The position numbers and the translations under genes are program-made. 14,225 nucleotides of DNA from the NCBI GenBank assembly GCA_051294375.1, contig JBJCIZ010000055.1, forward strand, positions 1 through 14,225, read 5' to 3'. The stretch's first letter is position 1, and every line of letters begins with the position of its first letter. Positions 1-7,323 of the stretch are shown here, in pieces. Under the pieces are notes generated by a model. It worked only from the letters and a program-made list of their open reading frames with translations. It was not told the DNA's origin and made no database searches. Origin of the DNA: Paraspadella gotoi. Its lineage: Eukaryota > Animalia > Chaetognatha.

Positions 1-733
1 GGAGAGATAATTTACACGGTAGGGCAGAGATGATATAAAAGAAACAAAAAAAGTGCCATCTTGGAAACCTGCAAAATTTTAAAGTACACTACTATGAGGC
101 ACTCCCTGTGATAGGTTTAGCAAATTCCGGTACCTCTGAACCAAGAACTTAATTTTTACAAATGTCACATAAAATTCTATTGATATACATCAAACATTAT
201 CTACGCGACAAGAGCTTTTAATTTAAGACGCACTCTCAAGTCTCAACTTTCTACGACTTTGCATTGTTGAGTTATTTATAAAAATAACTTAATTTTACAA
301 ACAAGACAGTAATTACAATTAGGAGATGCGTCGTGTATTTTCTACATCTGTAATGACACGACAGTAATAGGGTGACACAGAATTACCCTTTTAGGAAGCA
401 GGAAGATTGTTTTAAAACTCTCTCTCTTTTTTTTTCATAGAGAAAAACGGACATGTGTCGGCTTTAATATTTCAATCCTTCATATTATGAAAAATTGCAA
501 GATTACTTGTTTTACTATATTAACTGCTAGGCGACCACTGGGCTAAAACCCCAGACCTCTGGGTTTGGTGGCGAAGGACTTGCCTCTGGCACCCATTGAT
601 GAACGGTTGGTAGATTTTAGTCCACTATAATTTCTTTAAATCTCAAAACAACGATAAAGAAAATATTATAACGCAGTATAATTCTAAAAATTTGTAATTT
701 GTCCTACCTATTATTAATGTATAACCAGCAAAT

Positions 734-1125
734 TTTATGGGACTCGAAGAATCAGAACGATTGTGGGGCAGAAAAACGCACTATAAAGTCACTTTTTGAT
801 AATTTAAAAAATTAAAATTTTGTTTCATAATTGGTAATAACTTTTTCACGAGCCTATAATGTTTTTAAATTTTTTTTAGATAACTGGGATATTTTACAGT
901 CATCAAGAGGGGGGAAAAAGCCTAAAGATGTGTATAGTATAGTATAGTATATACATACTTAGGCTTTTTCCCCCCTCTTGATGACTGTAAAATATCCCAG
1001 TTATCTAAAAAAAAAAAATTATTACCAATTATGAAATAAAATTTTAATTTTTTAAATTACCAAAAAGTGACTTTATAGTGCGTTTTTCTGCCCCACAATC
1101 GTTCTGATTTTTTGAGTCCCATAAA
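734..1125. repeat. Near-perfect ~390-bp palindrome / foldback (MITE-like)
   Basis: 734-925 is the reverse complement of ~959-1125 (TTTATGGGACTC...GAGTCCCATAAA; GAGGGGGGAAAAAGCCTAA / TTAGGCTTTTTCCCCCCTC). Centre is (TATAG)n; left arm has ~29 extra nt. Confidence 0.9.
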
Positions 1126-1198
1126 CAGATGTATAGTGTATAGTGTTAACTCACAACCTTTATTACATCAAAAACAAAATATTCCAACTTGCGAAATA

Positions 1199-1836
1199 TC
1201 TTCGCTGTCCTCATTACATTTAATCTTGGGTGTTACTAACAAACTCTGCTGCAAGCTTGAACAAAGGTGGCCCGACTTTCACTTATGGCCCGATTCTTTG
1301 TATTTGTTACGTGATGAATATTTTGGAAAGACTTTCGAAGTAAATAATGTTAAATAGCTTTGCTGGTCTTAGAACCAGCTTTGATTATGTATGTTCACCC
1401 CGCCTATAAGAATCTAACCTTCAGTCGTGACCCAGTGCCTGATTTAATAATACCATCACTATTAGGTACCGGGATCGATCCCTGATGATACCTACCCTGT
1501 GGGAAGATTGAGGACGGCCATAAACCTCTTTGGGGACCTTGAAACCCATCTAGCCTGGTTCCAAGCCCAGGACCCTTTCCCTGGCTGATAGAAGGGTTAA
1601 TTAAGTTGTGCCAAGTCACCTTAGGCCCATATAGCGCCTTATTCACTTATGTCCATGTCTAATTTTATAATTTTGTTTTTAATCAGGGTAACGAGTGTCG
1701 AACACTTTTATCAAGAACAGATGTTTTAATGAATATAATTCCTGAAGAGCTTTATAACTACTTTAAGGCGTTGGAAGCATTTAATTCAGTTGTTGGTGCC
1801 TGTTTTGGATGTATTAAAACAGTTGACATTGTTTAA
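1199..1836 (+). pseudogene. Transposase fragment (Chapaev/Transib/RAG1-like C-terminal core), two exons joined across a GT-AG intron 1340-1686
   Basis: Exon ending 1339 reads SLSSLHLILGVTNKL...RDEYFGKTFE. Donor GTAAAT at 1340, acceptor TTTGTTTTTAATCAG at 1686. Next exon reads in phase GNECRTLLSRTDVLMNIIPEELYNYFKALEAFNSVVGACFG, restoring LHxxLG...FEGNxCRxLL...VVxxCFG motifs. An ITPSCH remnant follows at ~1858-1875. Confidence 0.7.
1388..1645 (+). mobile_element. GC-rich ~258-bp insertion, probable solo LTR distantly related to the TRIM LTR
   Basis: TG...TTCA ends; flanks ATTA/CTTA (or TTATGT duplicated at 1385-1390 and 1647-1652); sits inside the transposase intron; TATAAG 1405, A-box-like TGACCCAGTGC 1428, B-box-like GGATCGATCCC 1472; local similarity to the TRIM LTR. 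Confidence 0.5.
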
Positions 1837-2087
1837 ATTTAATTTATACGGAGTATTATTACACCATCATGTCATTATGAATCATTTAACCTAATTTTTT
1901 AAAAAATAAGTTATTTTTATAAATAACTCAACAATGCTCAGTCGTAGAAAGTTGAGAGTGGTCTTAAATTAAAGCTCTTGTCGCGTAGATAATGTTTGAT
2001 ATATAACAATAGAATTTTATGTGACATTTGTAAAAATTAAGTTCTTGGTTCAGAGGTAAGTTAAAACAAAAATAAAAAATCTTTAAC

Positions 2088-2355
2088 TGAAGAGGCTGGT
2101 TTTACAGGGCGCCACACCCGCAGCGGTGTCACCTCGTGGGACAGCGAGACAGCATGTTCATGTAGTCCAGAGCTTTGGATCTGGCAGTAGGCCCATGCCT
2201 ACAGGCGGGTTACCCGGTCCATCCCACTTTCTACATGACAACCTCAGGGCTCGAACCAGGGACGCACATTGGGATGGTGCATTAGTCCACTGAGCCACTG
2301 AGGCGCTGCGAAAGAAACAGCTTTAATCCATCTGTGGTGATAGGACCACCAGACA
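2088..2355 (-). repeat. TRIM 3' LTR
   Basis: Minus strand (TG)TCTGGTGG...CTCTTCA, preceded by GGGGGCGGC. Confidence 0.9.
2247..2297 (-). promoter_or_regulatory. Pol III type-2 internal promoter (A and B box) in the 3' LTR
   Basis: A box TGGCTCAGTGG (2297-2287), B box GGTTCGAGCCC (2257-2247), starts 40 nt apart; enclosed by a GCCTCAG/CTGAGGT stem. Confidence 0.72.
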
Positions 2356-2364
2356 GCCGCCCCC
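2356..2364 (-). promoter_or_regulatory. Polypurine-tract-like sequence of the TRIM
   Basis: GGGGGCGGC immediately 5' of the 3' LTR on the minus strand. Confidence 0.7.
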
Positions 2365-2512
2365 AGGACTCTCACATATGAGAGTACGAAGTAGGGGATG
2401 AAGCGCATGTCTCTCCGCTGAACCTCTCTTCATTCTGGTGGCCTTTGCGTTGAGTGGCAGCTTGCGTAGCTCAAACCACATCAAGGGCAGAGGAGTATTA
2501 TCATGCCCGGTT

Positions 2513-2543
2513 GGTTGCGTGTTCGTATCACGTCGGCTCACCA
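2513..2543 (-). promoter_or_regulatory. Extended primer-binding site complementary to the tRNA-Trp 3' end
   Basis: Plus strand GGTTGCGTGTTCGTATCACGTCGGCTCACCA versus the metazoan tRNA-Trp 3' end as I recall it, GGTTGCGTGTTCRAATCACGTCGGGGTCACCA. Confidence 0.88.
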
Positions 2544-2544
2544 T

Positions 2545-2812
2545 TGAAGAGGCTGGTTTACAGGGCGCCACACCCGCAGCGGTGTCACCTCATGGGGACA
2601 GCGAGACAGCATGTTCATGTAGTTCAGAGCTTTGGATCTGGCAGTAGGCCAATGCCTACAGGCGGGTTACCCGGTCCATCCCACTTTCTACATGACAACC
2701 TCAGGGCTCGAAACCAGGGACGCACATTGGGATGGTGCATTAGTCCACTGAGCCACTGAGGCGCTGCGAAAGAAACAAGCTTTAAATCATCTGTGGTGAT
2801 AGGACCACCAGA
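2545..2812 (-). repeat. TRIM 5' LTR
   Basis: Minus strand TCTGGTGG...CTCTTCA, followed after 1 nt by TGGTGAGCCGACGTGAT. Confidence 0.9.
2704..2755 (-). promoter_or_regulatory. Pol III A/B box in the 5' LTR
   Basis: A box TGGCTCAGTGG 2755-2745; B box GGTTTCGAGCCC 2715-2704 (one extra T versus the other LTR); TTTAAA at 2781-2786 upstream. Confidence 0.62.
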
Positions 2813-3513
2813 TAACTACTTTTTAAAAAAAAACATGCCTTTACCGGAATTTGCTAACCTATCACAGGGAGTGCCTCATAGGTGTACTTTAAAATTTTTC
2901 AGGTTTCCAAAGATGGCACTTTTTTTGTTTCTTTTATATCATCTCTATATCGTCGGCGTCACGCTGTTTTATATATACAAGTTTGAGGCAAACAATGTCG
3001 GATCTGCCTACGATAATTAATTAATTAATAGATTAATTAATTAATTAATTTTAATAATTAATTATAATTTATATTCAGGCCTTGTCATCAATCGATGTCC
3101 TTAAAATTGAGGTCAGGACAGTTATTAAATGTTTTGTTTACATTTATCAAAACAACAAATATCCTCTATTATCGAGCCAGGCGGGCAAAGCCCGTCCTGG
3201 CTAGATTTTGATTCGGTTAGCTTTCGGTCACGCTTTTTTGCAATCATGGCTTCTGAAAGTGTGATATCATAGGGAGTTGAAATTTCATATATGGCTTCTA
3301 AGATCAAGATCTTTAAATTCTGATGTTTCATATCAATATTCGTATTTGTTTATGTTTTATTTACAAAACAAAAACGTTTTAATTATATGTCGCTCTCTCT
3401 CTCTCTTTCTTTTAAATATATGTCGCTCTCTCTCTCTCTCTTTTTCTCCGTCACTGCTTCTTCTGATTTGTCTAAAAACGAGTTCCGGCTCTGCAGCGTC
3501 TGTCCAGCTTCTT

Positions 3514-3544
<31 letters not shown>

Positions 3545-3585
3545 TTACAAAAAAATTTTTAGATATAATGTGGGCTCACTAATGT

Positions 3586-3668
3586 AAAAAAACGATGCCG
3601 CGAACAGGGTGCGAACCCGGGTCCTTTAGGTAGAGAACAACTCACTCTACGTCCGGCGCCATAGTTAC
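3586..3668 (-). ncRNA. tRNA-derived Pol III-like unit (pseudo-tRNA / SINE head)
   Basis: Minus strand TGGCGCCGGAC (A-like, 3661-3651), GGTTCGCACCC (B-like, 3617-3607), hairpin GTAGAG/CTCTAC, T7 run at 3592-3586; no proper cloverleaf. Confidence 0.55.
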
Positions 3669-3900
3669 TACTGATTCTTTAACGAGTAAAGGGGCTGTAG
3701 AGCTTCTCTCTCTCTCTTTTAATTATTATATATCGCTCTTTCTCTCTCTCTTTTTCTCTGCAGCGGCTGTCTCTCTCTCTCTCTTTTTCTCTCTGTGTGT
3801 TTGTCCCTCTCTGTCCGATCTCTATTACCATTTATTCCGCGCTTTTTTTCAATACAAAAATCCCATATTTTCATCCGAGATTTTCGTGGATTATTCTCTT

Positions 3901-3938
<38 letters not shown>

Positions 3939-3961
3939 ATACGCGCATTTGTTTGTTTTAT

Positions 3962-4147
3962 TGACTATCATCGCATTAATGAATGACAATCATCGCATCA
4001 GTGAATGACTATCATCACAGCAGTGAATGACTATCATCGCATCAATAATTGATTATCATCGAATCAATAATCCAATTACTATTACATCAATAAATTACTA
4101 TTTACATCAATCAATTAGTATTACCTCAATCAATTACTATTACATCA
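3962..4147. repeat. Minisatellite: ~22-bp units (GACTATCATCGCATCAGTGAAT) grading into ~19-bp units (ATTACTATTACATCAATCA)
   Basis: Tandem units read directly. Confidence 0.85.
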
Positions 4148-4263
4148 TAATTCGTTATCGCATGTTTCATTCGTTTTTTTTTTCCGGTTTTTTTCATTAA
4201 TTTTCTTTGATAGTGGGCTCTGGCTCGATCTTGAGTCTTTTAAGATTTTTTTATTTTATGTCT

Positions 4264-4303
<40 letters not shown>

Positions 4304-5109
4304 ATGCAATAGCGACGATCCTTATGCTTTTAAGATTTTTTTAACTTGCATCATTTTTCAACTTGCATCATTTTTTCAACTTGCATTCCGTCAAAACTTT
4401 ATATCTAGCTTCTTCACTCACTTTCCTACTGGCTCACAAATTTCATCTCAATCTATCATGGTTAAAATAAATAAAAAGATTCAAGTAAATGTGACTCATA
4501 TTTTTTTCATTTAAACTCATTTCCACTGGTACGTTTCTACTGAAACTTTATATCAAGCTTCGTCACACATTTTCCTACCCACACACAAAATTTCAACTCA
4601 ATCTATCCATCCAATTATGATTAATTAGAGTATTTATTGGTTAAAATAAGTAAAAAGATTTTAGTAAATTCGACTTATGTTTTTTCCATTTAAACTAATT
4701 TCCACTCACACGATTCCATCGAAACTTTATATCCAGCTTTATAACACACTTCCTACTTACACACAAAATTTAATTCCAATCCAACCAGCCAATCACGAGT
4801 TATTGGAGCTTTTTGCTAAGATGGGACGGACGGATGGATGGACGGACGGACGGACGGACGGACATCATTTTTTTTGCATAATTTATCATAATTCGATGTT
4901 CTGACATGATATAAGTGTGTGCCCGACAATATTGAGGGGGCAGACCGACGGACCGACAAAGTGAGTTATAGAGTCGGATATGCTGATAAGCAGATCCGAC
5001 TAAAAACTACTACGCTTTTATAGGTTTGGCTGTGACTTACCGTTTTTTTTAAAATAAAAATTATTATGAATTATGATAAAGTTTTACAAAAGTGTGCGAT
5101 CATAGTAAG

Positions 5110-5399
5110 TTAAAAATTTAGATATGGCTTCTCATCTTGAATAGCTTTGATATTTTCCTATTACATTTGGATTTAAGTATTTTTTGTTTGAATTTCCACT
5201 TCATTATTATTTACTGCAATATGCAAATGAGATTATAGTACTCATTATAATATCCAAATTAGTATATAGAAATGCTTTAATCTAATTTACATATTGCAGT
5301 ATATAATATTGAAGATGAAATTCAAAATTTTTTTTTAATCTATAATAAAAATGGGAACTCAAAATAACTTTTTAATGAGAAGCTATATCTTAATTTTAA
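5110..5399. repeat. Diverged AT-rich foldback (MITE-like)
   Basis: AAAATTTAGATATGGCTTCTCAT (5113-5135) vs ATGAGAAGCTATATCTTAATTTT (5375-5397); inner arms TTGAATTTC...ACTGCAATATG vs CATATTGCAGT...GAAATTCAA. Confidence 0.75.
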
Positions 5400-5529
5400 T
5401 ACAAATAAAAATAAAATCTTTTAGAAGCTGCGATTGGAAAAAAATTGGAAAAATTTCCAATTGTAAGCAATTGTAACATATTTTTGCCTTTCTTTTATTT
5501 CTTTAAATTATATATATATTTTTTGCTTT

Positions 5530-5995
5530 TTTAGAAAAGACGAGTTCAGGCTCTGGAGTGATTGTACAGCGGCCTTCCAGCAGCTGTCCAGCTTTGTCTC
5601 TCTTTCTCTCTCTCTCTCTTTCTGTCTCTTTCTCTCTTTACGATCTCTTGCGTGATCGTTCGTTTTTTGAAAAATTCTGATTATTTTTTTCCTTCTAAAA
5701 CTTTATTATCGCCATTTATTCCACGCTTTTTTTTTTCAATACAAAATCCCAAATTTATATCTGAGATTTTCGTGGATTTTTTTGAGAAAATGTGAAGAAT
5801 AACTTACTTGACCTGGATTTCGTGGCCGTTGCAGGGCAACGAGTAAACAATGTCAAGGAACATGACCTAAAACGCGTTTTGATGGCAACGGAAACGTTAC
5901 GTGTATAAAAGGATCAACTTGACCAAGATCACGCCGCCGTTGCGAGGCAACGGATAACCGATATAATTGGAAAGAAATTCGGTTTTTCTTTTCTT

Positions 5996-6026
<31 letters not shown>

Positions 6027-6455
6027 GATTATTTTTTCCTTCTATAAACTTTTATTATCACCATTTATTCCGCGCTTTTTTTTTCATACAAAATCCCAAA
6101 TTTATATTTGAGATTTTCGTGGATTTTTTTGAGTAAATGTGAAGAATAACTTACTTGACCTGGATTTCGTGGCCGTTGCAGGGCAACGAGTAAACAATGT
6201 CAAGGAACATGACCTCATAACGCGTTTCGCGTTCTCTCTCTCTCTCTGTCTCTCTCTCTCTCTCTCTTTTTACAAAAAAAAAATTTATTCACTTTTTTTT
6301 TCACCACCGTCATTAGAAAAAGACGAGTCTTGCGTGATCGTTCGTTTTTTGAAAAATTCTGATTATTTTTTTCCTTCTAAAAACTTTTATTATTGCCATT
6401 TATTCGCGCTTATTTCCCAAATTTACATCTGAGATTTTCGTTGATTTTTTTGAGT
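5530..6455 (+). repeat. Repeat-derived segment related to the family-2 interior, with ~340-bp tandem duplication
   Basis: Block TGATTATTTTTTCCTTCTA...GAGATTTTCGT recurs at ~5678, ~6026 and ~6360 and resembles 3830-3895; (CT)n tracts in between. Confidence 0.75.
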
Positions 6456-7323
6456 TATGACGGCTGTTTTACAAATATCCTGCTCTGCTACAGGTACTTG
6501 ATGGTAGCCTTTACAAAGGTCTACTTTTGAAAAAATTGTTTTGCCTGCGACATGTGCGTTGAAATCCATTAAATTTTTGATGGGGTAGCGGTTGTCTTTT
6601 GTGACTGCGTTGAGGCGCCTGTAGTCGCCGCAACAACTAAGTGAGCCGTCAGGTTTTTTAACCACATGTAGTGGTGATGCCCAAGCACTCTTGCTCTTCC
6701 GTATAATGCCCAGCTTCTCCATTTTTGCAAATTCTTCTTTGGCTGCTTTGAGTTTGTCAGGTGCAAGTCGGCGTGCTTGGGGTGGACAGGCGGACCCTCG
6801 GTTGGAATGTGGTGTTCTACACCATGCTTGGTCTTCGAAGGGTCAAATCTGAGTTGTGTGAGTTCTGGGCGTTCGTCAATCAATTTGAAATAGGCATTAT
6901 TGACTGTATTGACTCTGAAAGGCCTGTCCAGGTAAGATTTGCCTGCGATTGTTGAAAAATCATCAAGATCCACGAGTAGGCCGAGCTTGTGGTCGGCGGC
7001 TAAATGATGCTCCATCAGAAAATCAGCTCCAAGAATAGGGGTCGTAACGTCAGCGAGTACGGTTGTTAGTGAGTATGTGCGTCTTCCTAGTCTGATAGTG
7101 ATTTGTTTGGTGCCGTAGGAAGAGATTGGAGACCCATTTGCAGCATGAAGTTGAGGCGCGGAGCCCCGCGGAGCTTTTCTGATGGCGAAGGCGCCATCAA
7201 GGTGACGCTTGCACCACCGTCCACAAGCCATGCCAAGTTGTTGTTGTCGTACACGTGCAGTAAGGGCTCTGTACAACTAGCAGCGGCGTTTACTGCCTCC
7301 GGCTGCTGGCTCGGCCGTTTCCC
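6452..7323 (-). pseudogene. pol: pol fragment: aspartic protease and N-terminal reverse transcriptase, two frameshifts, truncated before YXDD
   Basis: WLVDGGASVTL...AANGSPISSYG...PILGADFL; HHIPTEGPPV; LGIIRKSKSAWASPLHVVKKPDGS..CGDYRRLNAVT..RYP..FSKVDLCKGYHQVPV..DICKTAVIT. Frame changes near 7170 and 6778. Confidence 0.93.
7279..7323 (-). promoter_or_regulatory. Programmed -1 ribosomal frameshift signal (G GGA AAC plus downstream stem-loop)
   Basis: GGGAAAC at 7323-7317 is in the gag phase (CGG GGA AAC); the -1 frame opens into protease; stem AGCAGC/GCTGCT with inner GGC/GCC begins ~9 nt downstream. Confidence 0.8.

Larger units (their letters stand above)
2088..2812 (-). mobile_element. Complete non-autonomous LTR retrotransposon (TRIM) with tRNA-Trp PBS
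   Basis: Direct repeats 2088-2353 and 2545-2812 (about 8-9 differences); ~190-bp non-coding interior; PBS next to one LTR and a G-rich PPT next to the other; 4-bp TSD TAAC at 2084-2087 and 2813-2816. Confidence 0.92.
15..2946 (+). mobile_element. Non-autonomous (internally deleted) DNA transposon with long TIRs, Chapaev/Transib-like
   Basis: 26-296 is the reverse complement of 1902-2058 plus 2842-2946; the right TIR is split by ~55 extra nt and the TRIM. Left end begins CACGG at 15 (CAC termini typify Chapaev/Transib); the extreme right end is decayed. Internal transposase remnant present. Confidence 0.72.
3168..4250 (+). mobile_element. Second HINE-like element (family 2) nested in family 1
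   Basis: Sub-TIRs ATCGAGCCAG (3171-3180) and CTGGCTCGAT (4220-4229); 5' hairpin GCCAGGCGGGC-AAA-GCCCGTCCTGGC; 3' hairpin TCTTGAG...TTTAAGA followed by a T run; interior (CT)n and minisatellites. Confidence 0.65.
2977..5004 (-). mobile_element. Helentron-associated non-autonomous element (HINE/DINE-1-like), family 1, complete copy
   Basis: 5' end TTTTAGTCGGATCTGCT-TATC-AGCATATCCGACT hairpin (4972-5001); (GTCC)n microsatellite ~4824-4864; ~180-bp central tandem repeats 4385-4800; matching sub-TIR GTCGGATCTGC at 2997-3007; 3' hairpin GTTTG-CCT-CAAAC then TTGT. Confidence 0.78.

Noticed and set aside
525-612. Short GC-rich island with small hairpins
   Set aside because: No termini, TSD or RNA motif that I could support.
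1482-1548. Hammerhead-like CTGATGA ... GAAAC
   Set aside because: No closing stem II, and no stem I/III partners around a NUH site.
1554-1600. Twister-ribozyme-like hairpin CCTGG-TTCCAAGC-CCAGG followed by GAAGGG
   Set aside because: The P4/L4 look-alike is good, but I could not build the UAA internal loop, P2 and T1 pairing in any permutation.
2241-2304. Functional tRNA gene in the LTR (also considered for 3586-3668)
   Set aside because: D, anticodon and T stems do not pair canonically; only promoter boxes are retained.
2323-2759. Short ORFs across the TRIM
   Set aside because: GC-rich chance ORFs crossing LTR/PBS boundaries with no domain motifs; frames differ between LTR copies.
2056-2843. 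Extra ~55 nt in the right TIR as an intron (starts GTAAGT)
   Set aside because: No AG at the matching boundary on either strand; better explained as an indel between TA dinucleotides.
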